From positions 544,001 through 608,000 of the forward strand of contig CAVVYR010000007.1 of NCBI GenBank assembly GCA_963752475.1: 64,000 nucleotides of DNA, read 5' to 3'. Both the position numbers and the translations under genes were made by a program. The DNA comes from an uncultured Chloroflexia bacterium (GTDB lineage: Bacteria > Chloroflexota > Limnocylindria > Limnocylindrales > CSP1-4). Below, piece after piece: positions 50,033 to 59,874 of the stretch; the first letter of the stretch is position 1, and the number at the start of each line of letters is the position of its first letter. Under the pieces are notes generated by a model. It did not search any database. It saw only the letters and a list, made by a program, of their open reading frames with translations, and had not been told where the DNA came from.

Positions 50033-52516
50033 ATGGCCCAGCGCAAGAAGAGCACACGCAGCCGATCGCGTTCGAAGAAGAACCAGCAGCCGCGCGTCGA
50101 TCCGTCGACGCTGCGGTCGATCGCCGCTGTCGTGCTCATCGTGGCCGGGGTCATCACGCTCATCGCACTGCTGCTACCGGGCGGCGGCATCCTCAACGGC
50201 TACGTCGACGGCTTCCTGCGGCCGCTCTTCGGCCAGGGCGCCTGGCTGCTGGGCATCCTGCTCATCGTGGCCGGCGTGCTCGTGGAGCGTGCGCCCAGCG
50301 TCGACTACAGCTGGCTGACGGTGGCCCTCGGTGGTCTCATCGTCTTCGTCGGCGGCCAGGGCCTCATCCACCTCTTCAGCGGCAAGGGTGACAGCCAGCC
50401 GGACCTGGAGCAGGGTGGGGGAGCGCTGGGTCAAGCGCTCTCATCGGTGTTCTCCGACCTGGTCAGCCCCATCGGCGCCTTCGTCATCCTCGTGGGCATC
50501 ATCCTCGTGGGCATCCTGCTCCTCTTCAACATCACGCTCGTCGCGTTCGTGACACCGTTCGCCAATGGCGCTCGCAAGGCCTGGGAGATGTTGGTCGACG
50601 GCGTGACCAACACACAGGATGCGCTGCGCGAGCGACGAGAGGCCCGCGCCCAGCAGGCGGTGGCTGTGCCTGCCGCGCGGGCTGCGAGCCGCGGTCATCG
50701 GAGCATGGCCGAGGAACCCGCACCCGAGTTGCCGGCGCCGACTCCCAGCCCGGCACCAGTGAGCCAGACCGTTTGGACCGGCAGCAAGAAGAAGGGTGGC
50801 GCCAGCGGGGTTTCGGCCACACCGGTCGCAGCGCCCGCGGCCTCGGCGGTCGCATCCGACCTGCTCGCTGCGTCGGCCGCTGCCGGCACGGCCGCCGCTG
50901 GTGCCGCTGCCACCGCGGCAGGGCTCGCGGACGGGACGCTCACCGAGGCAGAAGAGGCGGCGCTCGAGAAGCCGGCGCTGGAGGACTACCGCAAGCCCGA
51001 GAGGAACGACCACCCCGACGCGGCCGAGGTCGCGCGCCTGCGGCTCCACCAGAAGGAGTGGAAGCTGCCCGCGGTGACGCTGCTCGACCCGGCGACCGAA
51101 ACCGCTGACGTCGAGCGCCACGATCACGAGCAGAACGTGCGCATCATCGAAGAGAAGCTGCGTTCGTTCTCCATCCCGGCCACGGTCGTGGGTACCAATA
51201 CCGGCCCCGTCGTGACCCAGTACGAGGTGCGGCCGGACGCACGCATCAAGCTCAGCCGGATCGAGGGCCTTGCCGACGATCTGGCCATGGCCCTGGCCGC
51301 TCGCAGCATCCGCATCGAGGCGCCCATCCCGGGCCGTGACGTGGTCGGCATCGAGATCCCCAACCACGCCTCGGAGATGGTCGGCTTCCGCTCGGTCTAC
51401 GAGGACGCGGACATGTCGGACGCCAAGTCCGATCTGCTCTTCGCCCTCGGCCGCGACGTCTCGGGCAAGCCCTATGCGGTGGACCTCGGGCGCATGCCCC
51501 ATCTGCTCATCGCCGGCGCTACCGGCTCGGGCAAGTCGGTCTGTGTCAACTCCATCGTCACCAGCATCCTCATGCGGGCCAGGCCCACCGAGGTGCGCTT
51601 CGTGCTCGTCGACCTCAAGCGCGTGGAGCTGGCGCCGTACGGTCGCATCCCGCACCTGCTCACCGACGTCATCATGGAGGCCCACGAGGCGCGCGCGGCG
51701 CTGGCCTGGGCGGTGGGCGAGATGGAGGAGCGCTACAAGAAGCTGGCCAAGTCGACGACCCGGAACATCGCCGCCTACAACGAGCGCTCGGACCTCGACC
51801 ACGAGGATCGGATGCCCTACATCGTGCTCATGATCGACGAGCTCGCGGACCTCATGATCCAGGAGGGTCGCAAGGTCGAGGAGCCGATCGTCAAGCTGGC
51901 CCAGAAGGCCCGCGCCGTGGGCATCCACCTGGTGCTCGCCACCCAGCGTCCATCGGTCAACGTCGTCACCGGCCTCATCAAGGCCAACGTGCCCAGCCGT
52001 ATCGCCTTCGCCATGGCCTCCAACGTGGACAGCCGCACCGTGCTCGACCAGCCCGGTGCGGAGGACCTCATCGGCCGAGGAGACATGCTCTACCAGCCGG
52101 CGGACCTGCCGCGACCCGTGCGTATCCAGGGCGTCTTCGTGTCCGATGCCGAGGTCAAGGCCGTGGCCGACTTCTGGCGCGAGCAGGAGCCCGAGCCGCC
52201 CTACGACCCGGGAGTCCTGTCCGGCTCAGGCGATGTCGACGACGCCGAGAACGGCGAGTTCGCCTGGCTGGCCAAGGTCGCGGAGGACGAGCTCACCCCG
52301 CGCGCCGCGGAGCTGGTGCAGCTCACCGGCAAGGCCAGCACATCGATGATGCAGACGAAGCTGAAGGTCGGCTTCAACCGCGCCAGCCGCATCATCGAGG
52401 AGCTCGAACGGGTAGGTATCGTGGGGCCGCAGGATCCGCGTAACCCGGCCGTGCCGCGGGCGGTCTACGGACCGGAGAACTGGCTCAAGGGGCCGGACGA
52501 CGCGGACCGTCTGTAG
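50033..52516 (+). CDS. ftsK: DNA translocase FtsK
   Basis: N-terminal TMs, RIEAPIPG, PHLLIAGATGSGKS, IDELADL, ATQRPS, gamma domain. Confidence 0.96.
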   Translation: MAQRKKSTRSRSRSKKNQQPRVDPSTLRSIAAVVLIVAGVITLIALLLPGGGILNGYVDGFLRPLFGQGAWLLGILLIVAGVLVERAPSVDYSWLTVALGGLIVFVGGQGLIHLFSGKGDSQPDLEQGGGALGQALSSVFSDLVSPIGAFVILVGIILVGILLLFNITLVAFVTPFANGARKAWEMLVDGVTNTQDALRERREARAQQAVAVPAARAASRGHRSMAEEPAPELPAPTPSPAPVSQTVWTGSKKKGGASGVSATPVAAPAASAVASDLLAASAAAGTAAAGAAATAAGLADGTLTEAEEAALEKPALEDYRKPERNDHPDAAEVARLRLHQKEWKLPAVTLLDPATETADVERHDHEQNVRIIEEKLRSFSIPATVVGTNTGPVVTQYEVRPDARIKLSRIEGLADDLAMALAARSIRIEAPIPGRDVVGIEIPNHASEMVGFRSVYEDADMSDAKSDLLFALGRDVSGKPYAVDLGRMPHLLIAGATGSGKSVCVNSIVTSILMRARPTEVRFVLVDLKRVELAPYGRIPHLLTDVIMEAHEARAALAWAVGEMEERYKKLAKSTTRNIAAYNERSDLDHEDRMPYIVLMIDELADLMIQEGRKVEEPIVKLAQKARAVGIHLVLATQRPSVNVVTGLIKANVPSRIAFAMASNVDSRTVLDQPGAEDLIGRGDMLYQPADLPRPVRIQGVFVSDAEVKAVADFWREQEPEPPYDPGVLSGSGDVDDAENGEFAWLAKVAEDELTPRAAELVQLTGKASTSMMQTKLKVGFNRASRIIEELERVGIVGPQDPRNPAVPRAVYGPENWLKGPDDADRL

Positions 52517-52637
52517 TTCGCGAATCTTCATCCACTTCGGTGTCCACGAACCGCTGATAGCGGGTAGACTGAACGCAACGTCGCGACTGCCGTGGTCGGG
52601 GCGCATGCCGTGATATGAGTGAGGGCTCCATCGCCGG

Positions 52638-54032
52638 ATGACCGCGCGCCAAGAAGCACGCGTCGGGACTCGAGCGACGAGCGGGGATACCTGGTCCTAC
52701 GAGACCCAGCGTGCCCCCAATGTCGGTGAGATCCTGCAGACCGCCCGCGAACGCAAGGGTGTAGATCTCGCTCGCGCCGAGCGCGAGACGAAGATCCGTG
52801 CACGTCATCTCATGGCACTCGAGGCAGGCGACCTCGCCGACCTGCCGGCTCCCGTCTACGCCAAGGGCTTCCTGCGCAACTACTCCACGTACCTCGGTCT
52901 CGATGCGGACGAGATGATCGACCGCTGGCGCAAGGAGATCGATCAGCCGCGTCGCGCGGACACCCCCACGGTCAAACCGCCGCCCCAGCCCATCACCACA
53001 CCCAGTCGAGGCCTCAAGCTGACCAGCGGCTTGGTGGTGGCCCTCGTGCTGGCCGCCATCGTCTTCAGCTTCGTCGGCTACGTGGGCCTGCAGCTCTTCC
53101 GCTTCACCCAGAACCCGGAGATCAGCCTCAGCGGTCCGGCCATCCGCCAGCTGCAGCCAGGTGACACGTTCGTCACGCTGCGCGGCGGGGGCACATCCAA
53201 CGCGGCCATCACCGCGACCGGTGCCGACACCGGCGAGGCGGAGCCGTTCCTGCGCACTGACACTGCCGATGCGACCGGCGCCTGGTCCATGAGCCTGCCC
53301 GTGAACAAGGGCGAGAATCACTTCACCATCGTGGGCAGGGACCCGGAGACCGCACGAGACTCCACGCCTATCCAGGTCATCGTGAGCGTCCCCGTGGAAG
53401 ACACGGCACTTCCCCAGGGCGACCTCGGTCCGGTGCTGCCGGAGGGCGTGGCCGATACCAATATCACGGGCATCCCCTCGGCGGAGCTGACGGTCACCGA
53501 TCCTGAGCAGGGCTACGTCACCGAGAACGGCCGGGTCAAGGTCGTGGGCACGTCCGATGCCGAGTCGGTCACGATCAGCTTCCGCTGGCGCGGCAACGTC
53601 GATGCCGAGAAGACGGCCCCGGCGGCGCGCGAGGTACCGGTCAACAACGGTGTCTTCCGCGATAGCTTCCAGCTCCCCAAGGGCAAGTGGATCCTCTACG
53701 CGGCAGCCTCGATCGATGGCGGTTACCCGGCCGTAGAGGAGCTCAACCTGCGCTCGCTGAACGACAAGATGGCCATTCGCGTGGAGGCCATCGACGGCAA
53801 GACCCGCGTCAAGCTGACCAAGCCCGATGGCCAGATCATCGCCGAGAAGATCCTCCTCCAGGACGGTCAGAAGAAGGTCTTCCGCGTCGATCCGGATGTC
53901 ATCCTGCGCGTGGGCAATGCCAAGGCCGCCAACGTCACCGTCGACGGCAAGAGCTACGGCGTCATGGGCGACAAGGCGCTGCCGGTCGAGTGGCGACTGG
54001 TACAGGGCAAGAAGCCCAAGACCCTCGACTGA
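52638..54032 (+). CDS. rodZ: RodZ-like protein (HTH-TM-Ig-like-DUF4115-like)
   Basis: GEILQTARE, TKIR...ALE, YAKGFLRNYS.YLGLD, single TM, C-terminal LRVGNA..V.VDG. Confidence 0.8.
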   Translation: MTARQEARVGTRATSGDTWSYETQRAPNVGEILQTARERKGVDLARAERETKIRARHLMALEAGDLADLPAPVYAKGFLRNYSTYLGLDADEMIDRWRKEIDQPRRADTPTVKPPPQPITTPSRGLKLTSGLVVALVLAAIVFSFVGYVGLQLFRFTQNPEISLSGPAIRQLQPGDTFVTLRGGGTSNAAITATGADTGEAEPFLRTDTADATGAWSMSLPVNKGENHFTIVGRDPETARDSTPIQVIVSVPVEDTALPQGDLGPVLPEGVADTNITGIPSAELTVTDPEQGYVTENGRVKVVGTSDAESVTISFRWRGNVDAEKTAPAAREVPVNNGVFRDSFQLPKGKWILYAAASIDGGYPAVEELNLRSLNDKMAIRVEAIDGKTRVKLTKPDGQIIAEKILLQDGQKKVFRVDPDVILRVGNAKAANVTVDGKSYGVMGDKALPVEWRLVQGKKPKTLD

Positions 54033-54046
54033 GCCACCAGACCGGG

Positions 54047-54535
54047 GTGGACCTCGCGTCACTGGCCGCCCGTCTCCAGGCCGTCGCGCTCGAACGTGGC
54101 GTCACGGTCGGTACCGCCGAGTCGTGCACCGGTGGGCTCATCGGCCACTCGTTGACGGCCATCGCCGGGTCCAGTGACTACTACCTCGGCGGTGTCATCA
54201 GCTACAGCAACGAGCTCAAGATGCGGCTGCTCGACGTGCCTGCCGAGTTGCTCGAGCGGCATGGCGCGGTCTCGGCGGAGGTGGCGCTGGCCATGGCGCA
54301 GGGCGCCCGCGAGAACCTCGGCTGCGACTACGCTGTGTCGGTGACCGGGGTCGCGGGGCCGGGAGGTGGGACCGGATCCAAGCCGGTCGGGCTCACCTAC
54401 GTGGCTGCCGCCGGTCCGAACGGTCACGAAGTGGCGGGACGCCAGTGGGACGGTGACCGGACGATGAACAAGGAGCGGAGCGCAGCGGCCGCGCTCGAGT
54501 CGTTGCTCGTGCTCATCGAAGAGGAGCGGCGATGA
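54047..54535 (+). CDS. CinA C-terminal-domain protein (PncC-like NMN deamidase)
   Basis: AESCTGGL, GSSDY, YSNELK, GAVS..VA..MA, TGVAGPGGG..KPVG. Confidence 0.9.
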   Translation: MDLASLAARLQAVALERGVTVGTAESCTGGLIGHSLTAIAGSSDYYLGGVISYSNELKMRLLDVPAELLERHGAVSAEVALAMAQGARENLGCDYAVSVTGVAGPGGGTGSKPVGLTYVAAAGPNGHEVAGRQWDGDRTMNKERSAAAALESLLVLIEEERR

Positions 54536-56019
54536 TCCGGGGAGCCGCCGACGTGGCGCGTGGTCTGGCGCCGGCCCGAGAGGCACGGCCGATCGCCCCG
54601 GGCGAGCGCATCCATGTCGTCGGAGCTGCCGGCGCGGGCGCGTCAGCCGCCGCGATCCTGGCCCATGCGGCCGGCGGCGCGCCTGACGGCTGTGACCCTG
54701 GGGCACCCACGCAGTACACGGCAGCCCTCGACGAGCGCGGCGTCCCCGTCGCCACCGAGCATGCCGCTGCCCACGTGACCGACGATCCACCGGCTCGCCT
54801 GGCGGTGACGAAGGCGCTCACGTCGGTCCAGCCGGATCATCCCGAGCTGGTGGCCGCGCGTGAGGCCGGCGTACCCATCGAGGCCTGGCAGCAGACGGTG
54901 GCCGACGCGGCGGCTACGCAGGGCGGGGCACTCGTGGCCGTTGCCGGCACGCACGGCAAGTCGACCTCGGCAGGGTGGCTGGTGCACCTGCTGGTGAGCG
55001 CCGGCCGAGACCCCGGAGCGTTCGTGGGCGCGTTGCTACCCGCCGCGCTGACCGGAGGGTCACCCGCGACCGCACGCTGGGGCGGCGGCGATGCCTTCGT
55101 GGTGGAGGCCGACGAGTACGCTGGCAACTTCGACGCCTACCGACCGTCGCTGGCGCTCGTGCTCAACGCGGAATGGGACCATCCCGACGTGTTCGAGGAC
55201 AGATCCGCCGTCGTGGACACGCTCGAGGCCTGGCTGCGCGCGCCCGGTGAGGCCGAACGCCGGGCCCTCATCAACATCGGCGATGCCGGTGGAGCCGAGC
55301 TCGCCGCGCGCCTGGCCGATTGGGGCGAGCGCGTCATCACCGTCGCGCCTGCTGGTGACGGTACCAGCGTGGGCTACCGCCTGAGCGGCTCCTTGCTGTG
55401 GCTCGACCGGCTGCCGGGCCTCGAGGCAGGTGTGGCCGCGCCGTTGCGGCTGGCGGGTGCGCACAACGCCGCCAACGCCGCCAGTGTGGCAGCCGCGGCC
55501 GCCGTCCTCGGCGTCAGTGCCCCACGGATCGCCGATGGCCTGGCCTCATACGACGGCGTCGGCCGGCGCTTCGACGTCAAGGGCGAGCACGGGGGTGTGC
55601 TCATCATCGACGACTACGGTCACCATCCGACGGCCATCCGGGCCACGCTCGAGGCCGTGCGGTCTCGCTACCCTGGACGTCCGGTGTGGGTCGCGCACGA
55701 GCCGCTGACGTTCCACCGGGCAGCGGCCATGCTCGACGATCTGGCAGCGGCGCTGGCCGAGGCCGACGGTGTCGTCATCGCCGACATCTGGGCCGGCCGG
55801 GACCCGGACACGACGATCGCCAGCGCGGCCGTGCTCGCGGAGCGTGTCTCGGCCGTCAGTGGCCGTCCCGTGGCTGCTCCCGGGAGCCCGGAGTCCACGG
55901 CCGATCACCTGGCCAGGGTGGTGCAGGCGGGCGACATCGTCCTGTCCATGGGCGGCGGTCGCTCGTACGTCATCGCCGAGCGCCTCTGCTCGCTCCTCGG
56001 AGGATCGAGTGACCAGTAG
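54532..56019 (+). CDS. murC: MurC-like Mur ligase
   Basis: AGTHGKSTS, EADEY, DHPD, GVGRRF, DDYGHHPT; divergent N-terminal Gly loop. Confidence 0.75.
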   Translation: MIRGAADVARGLAPAREARPIAPGERIHVVGAAGAGASAAAILAHAAGGAPDGCDPGAPTQYTAALDERGVPVATEHAAAHVTDDPPARLAVTKALTSVQPDHPELVAAREAGVPIEAWQQTVADAAATQGGALVAVAGTHGKSTSAGWLVHLLVSAGRDPGAFVGALLPAALTGGSPATARWGGGDAFVVEADEYAGNFDAYRPSLALVLNAEWDHPDVFEDRSAVVDTLEAWLRAPGEAERRALINIGDAGGAELAARLADWGERVITVAPAGDGTSVGYRLSGSLLWLDRLPGLEAGVAAPLRLAGAHNAANAASVAAAAAVLGVSAPRIADGLASYDGVGRRFDVKGEHGGVLIIDDYGHHPTAIRATLEAVRSRYPGRPVWVAHEPLTFHRAAAMLDDLAAALAEADGVVIADIWAGRDPDTTIASAAVLAERVSAVSGRPVAAPGSPESTADHLARVVQAGDIVLSMGGGRSYVIAERLCSLLGGSSDQ

Positions 56020-56028
56020 AATGCTCGA

Positions 56029-56460
56029 ATGCCCAGTAACCTGACGCCCGGTGACGGGCAGGATCTATTCGCCCAATTCAAGCGTGCCTGGGAGGGCCGG
56101 GATCCCGACGCTCTGCTCGAGTTGTTCGCCGAGGACGCCGAGTACCGCATCGACCCCTTCCTGGAGCCGATGACGGGGCTCAATGCCATCCGCGAGCACT
56201 GGAACGGCGTGGTCGTGGCCCAGGACCACATCGAGTTCGATGCCGAGCGCGTGTGGGTCGTCGGCCGCACCATCCTGGGCAGCTGGCACGTGGCCCTCAC
56301 CGAGCGGGCCACCGCCGACCGCGTCCGAGTGCGCGGGTTCACCACCATGGAGCTGGACGACCAGGGTCGCATCGCGCGCATGCGCGAGTGGCCGGTGCGC
56401 AAGGTCGTCGGGATCGACAGCAGCTACAAGAAGCGCGCAGCCTCCGAGGCAGGGGAGTAG
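56029..56460 (+). CDS. SnoaL/NTF2-like fold protein
   Basis: AWEGRD...LFAEDA.Y..DPF, G..AIREHW, GRI..MREW. Confidence 0.85.
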   Translation: MPSNLTPGDGQDLFAQFKRAWEGRDPDALLELFAEDAEYRIDPFLEPMTGLNAIREHWNGVVVAQDHIEFDAERVWVVGRTILGSWHVALTERATADRVRVRGFTTMELDDQGRIARMREWPVRKVVGIDSSYKKRAASEAGE

Positions 56461-56464
56461 ACCG

Positions 56465-56962
56465 ATGGCCAGCAGCAGCACATTCGATATCGTCAGCGAG
56501 TTCGACCGCCAGGAGCTGGTCAACGCGCTCGACCAGGTTCGTCGCGAGGTGGCCACGCGCTACGACTTCAAGGGCTCCAAGGTCGAGATCGCGCTCGACG
56601 AGAAGAGCGTGACCGTGGTGACCGACTCGGAGATGCGCTCGGCCGCGGTGCAGGACCTCATCGGTTCCAAGGCCGTTCGCCGGGGTCTGTCGTTGAAGGT
56701 CTTCGACTGGGGTGAGATCGAGCCCGCCGGCGGCATGACCTTCAGGCAGGTCGCGGGCTTGCAGCAGGGCCTGCCGGAGGACCTGGCCAAGAGGATCACC
56801 AAGCTCATCCGCGACGAGTTCCCCAAGTGCAAGGGGCAGATCCAGGGTGGCACGGTACGTGTCACAGGCAAGTCGAGGGACGATCTCCAGGGCGTCATCG
56901 CCCTCCTCAAGGAGCGATCGGCGGATTACCCTGTGGCCCTGCAGTTCAAGAACTACCGGTAA
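56465..56962 (+). CDS. yajQ: YajQ family nucleotide-binding protein
   Basis: FDIVSE.D.QE..NA, RYDFKG, QIQG..VRVTGK.RDDLQ, LQFKNYR. Confidence 0.95.
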   Translation: MASSSTFDIVSEFDRQELVNALDQVRREVATRYDFKGSKVEIALDEKSVTVVTDSEMRSAAVQDLIGSKAVRRGLSLKVFDWGEIEPAGGMTFRQVAGLQQGLPEDLAKRITKLIRDEFPKCKGQIQGGTVRVTGKSRDDLQGVIALLKERSADYPVALQFKNYR

Positions 56963-56968
56963 GAGACC

Positions 56969-57061
56969 ATGATCGATACTCAAAGTCCGCTGATGCGGCT
57001 CATCCTCGCTGTCGTCGCGATCCTCATCGTCGCGTCCCTCATCTTCACCATGGTGTACTAG
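56969..57061 (+). CDS. 30-aa single-TM small protein
   Basis: MIDTQSPLMRLILAVVAILIVASLIFTMVY; high-GC3 codons; exactly fills the gap between yajQ and the next gene. Confidence 0.7.
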   Translation: MIDTQSPLMRLILAVVAILIVASLIFTMVY

Positions 57062-57062
57062 C

Positions 57063-59183
57063 TTGACCGACCCACAGCACGACCAGACCTCCGCACCGAG
57101 CGAGCCCACCGAGGGCACGCCGGTTCCCGAGCCCGGCCCCGAGACGACGCCAGAGTCCCAAGCGGAGCCCCCGACCACGGAGCCGCAGACGGGGACATCG
57201 CCGGCCGAACCTGCCACCGCAGTGCCAGCTCCTGCACCCGAGCCCCCGACCACGGAGCCGCAGCTGGAGGCATCGCCGGCCGAACCTGCCACCGCAGTGC
57301 CAGCTCCTGCACCCGAGCCCGCTGCCGGGTCTGAGGGCGAGCCCGAGCCGGCACCCCAGCCGCAAGCCGATCCCGAGCCCCAGGCTGTCGAAGCCCCGAA
57401 GCCCGAGCCGGAGCCCGCGACCACCTCGGAGGCTCAGCCCACGACCGAGGACGAGCCAGAGCCGGTCGCGGAGCCAGAGCCTGCGCCGCCGCCTCCGCCG
57501 CCTCCGCCGGCGACCGTCCGCCGCACGGTCTCACAGGAGGTCGCTCGTCAGTTGAAGGCCGCCGGAGCGCGCTACTGCTTCACCGTGCCTGCCGAGCCCA
57601 TCCTGCCCATGCTCGACGACCTGGCCGAGGCTGGGATCCGCGTCGTGACCACGCGTCACGAGGGCGGTGCCGCCTTCATGGCCGAGGCGCTCTCGCAGGC
57701 GACCGGCCGACCGCAGATCGTGGCCACGTCTCGTGCCGTCGGTGCCGCCAACGCGGCGGTCGGCATCCACACCGCCGCCCAGGACTCCGCGCCGATGGTG
57801 GCGCTGATGGGCCAGGTCGACACCTCGGTCGCCGGGCGCGAGGCGTTCCAGGAATCGGACCTGGTCGGAGGTATCGGCTCGCTCGCCCTGTGGGCGGGCC
57901 AGATCGACCGACCCGATGACACGTCCACCGTGTTGGGCAAGGCCTGGCGCCGGATCAATACCGGCCGGCCGGGTCCGGTGCTGCTATCGGTGCCGGTGGA
58001 TGTGCAGACCGCAGAGGTCGAACTGCTCGACGAGCCCGCGCCCAAGCCGCCGGGTGCCCGTGGCCCCGCGGCCGACCGCTCCGCCGTGAGCCGGGCCATG
58101 AAGATGCTCGCGGCCTCCGAGCGTGGCGTCATCGTGGCTGGCGCGGGCGTGCTGCGCGCGCGTGCCACCAAGCGTCTTGTGGCGTTGTCGGAAGCGCTGG
58201 CCGTTCCGGTCGTCTCCGCCTGGCGTCGACCGGATGTGTTCCCCAATGACCACGTCAACTACCTCGGCATGGCCGGCTCGTGGGCGGCGCCGACCGTCGG
58301 GCAGCGCCTCGCGGATGCGGACGTGATCCTCTTCATCGGCACTCGCCTCTCGGAGATCACCACCGGCGGCTACGCCATCCCGGGGCCTGACACGCGCTGG
58401 ATCCACGTGGATGTGCAGCCCCGTGTGGCCCATGCCGGACTGGCAGCGCCGACGCTGTCGGTGACCGCCGATGCGTCGCGTTTCCTGGACTCAGCCTGGT
58501 CCGACCTGCGGGCCGCTGCGCTCGACAACGAGATGCGCAGCCGGCGGGAAGCACGCATAGCGGCCGATCGGGAGGCATACAAGGCCGCCAGCGACGTGTC
58601 CGAAGGGGAGTGGAGTGGCCCTGGGGCACATCCCGGGAAGATGCTCTCGATGCTGCGTGTCGCATTGCCGGACAACGCGACCATCGCCACCGACGCCGGC
58701 AACCTCGCGGGCTTCGTGGCTCGGGGCTTCAGCTTCCGGCGTGCCGGCACCTTCCTGGGCGCGACCTCGGGCACGATGGGCTACGGCCTGCCCGCGGCCA
58801 TCGCGGCGTCGCTCATGGACCCCGATCGCATCGCTGTCGCGCTCTGCGGTGACGGCGGGTTCTCCGCGACGATGAACGAGCTTGAGACCGCCGTGCGGGA
58901 AGGTGCGCATCCGATCGCGATCGTCCTCGACAACGAGCGCTACGGCACCATCGCCGGTCAACAGCTGAAGGAGGGCCGGGACACGCGCACGACCACCCTC
59001 GGGGCGGTCGACTTCGCGGCCGTGGCTCGAGCACACGGTGCGCTCGGATTCAGCGTCGAGGATGATGCTGGCTTCGAGACAGCGTTGCGTGAGGCCATCA
59101 CCTCGCGTCAGGCATCGGTCATCCACGTGAAGGTCGACCGGGCCTGGTTGTCGGCCGACGAGCATCCGCTAAGGGCTTCGTAG
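57063..59183 (+). CDS. thiamine-diphosphate-dependent enzyme (acetolactate synthase-like) with ~150-aa Pro/Glu-rich N-terminal extension
   Basis: RHEGGAAFMA, EAFQE, GRPGPV, GTMGYGLP, GDGGF...N motif. Confidence 0.88.
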   Translation: MTDPQHDQTSAPSEPTEGTPVPEPGPETTPESQAEPPTTEPQTGTSPAEPATAVPAPAPEPPTTEPQLEASPAEPATAVPAPAPEPAAGSEGEPEPAPQPQADPEPQAVEAPKPEPEPATTSEAQPTTEDEPEPVAEPEPAPPPPPPPPATVRRTVSQEVARQLKAAGARYCFTVPAEPILPMLDDLAEAGIRVVTTRHEGGAAFMAEALSQATGRPQIVATSRAVGAANAAVGIHTAAQDSAPMVALMGQVDTSVAGREAFQESDLVGGIGSLALWAGQIDRPDDTSTVLGKAWRRINTGRPGPVLLSVPVDVQTAEVELLDEPAPKPPGARGPAADRSAVSRAMKMLAASERGVIVAGAGVLRARATKRLVALSEALAVPVVSAWRRPDVFPNDHVNYLGMAGSWAAPTVGQRLADADVILFIGTRLSEITTGGYAIPGPDTRWIHVDVQPRVAHAGLAAPTLSVTADASRFLDSAWSDLRAAALDNEMRSRREARIAADREAYKAASDVSEGEWSGPGAHPGKMLSMLRVALPDNATIATDAGNLAGFVARGFSFRRAGTFLGATSGTMGYGLPAAIAASLMDPDRIAVALCGDGGFSATMNELETAVREGAHPIAIVLDNERYGTIAGQQLKEGRDTRTTTLGAVDFAAVARAHGALGFSVEDDAGFETALREAITSRQASVIHVKVDRAWLSADEHPLRAS
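57165..57320 (+). repeat. 75-bp tandem duplication (25 aa) in the N-terminal extension
   Basis: EPPTTEPQxxxSPAEPATAVPAPAP x2; units start at 57165 and 57240. Confidence 0.92.
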
Positions 59184-59253
59184 CACTCGTTCCAAGGCTG
59201 CCTCCGAGCGTGTCTTCACGCTTGCTGTCGTTGCGCAAAGACACCAGCGGTGC

Positions 59254-59283
59254 CTGAACGCACCGCCCATCCGGTGCGTTCGG
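59254..59283. terminator. hairpin between convergent genes
   Basis: GAACGCACCG / CGGTGCGTTC perfect 10-bp stem. Confidence 0.6.
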
Positions 59284-59327
59284 TCAACAGTCCACCGTCG
59301 GGGTGGGAATCTGCGTCGAAGCTGGGT

Positions 59328-59843
59328 TCAGGCGGGGGGCTGGATGTCGCGGCGCATGGCTAACGCACCGAAGCGCGCGCCGGCCTCAGCATCCTGCCCG
59401 CTGCGGATGACCCCGAATCCGAGGTCGCGATAGAAGCGGATAGCGTCGTCGTTGGCGCCGTAGACCCACAGGATCGTCTCGGCCGCGTCCCAGCCACGAC
59501 CCCAGCTCTCGAGCGACTCGATGAGCGTGCGTCCGACGCCCAGCCGACGCACCGATGGGTCGACCCACATGCTGAACAACAAGAGCGTACCGGGTCGGCG
59601 CTTGCGGCCCTGGACCAGCCCGACCGGACCCTCGTCGGTCTCGGCGAGCAGCCACGTTCGGTTGTCGCCATGCGAGGACTGGCGCGCGCTGCGGTGCCAT
59701 TCCTTCTGCGGACGCCCACGGGCTTCCTCGAGCGGTTGTCCGAAGGCGTTCGGTGCATCCGCGATGCTCCGAAGGCGTAGGTCGCGCAGCGTCAGCCCGT
59801 CGCCAGGCCTGATGCGGCGGATGCGGACGACCGTGGCTTCCAT
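59328..59843 (-). CDS. GNAT acetyltransferase
   Basis: SMWVDP.VRRLGVG, N..AIRFY..LGF. Confidence 0.92.
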   Translation of the reverse strand: MEATVVRIRRIRPGDGLTLRDLRLRSIADAPNAFGQPLEEARGRPQKEWHRSARQSSHGDNRTWLLAETDEGPVGLVQGRKRRPGTLLLFSMWVDPSVRRLGVGRTLIESLESWGRGWDAAETILWVYGANDDAIRFYRDLGFGVIRSGQDAEAGARFGALAMRRDIQPPA

Positions 59844-59874
59844 CTACCAACGGTAGCGGAGGCGCAGGGAAGTG

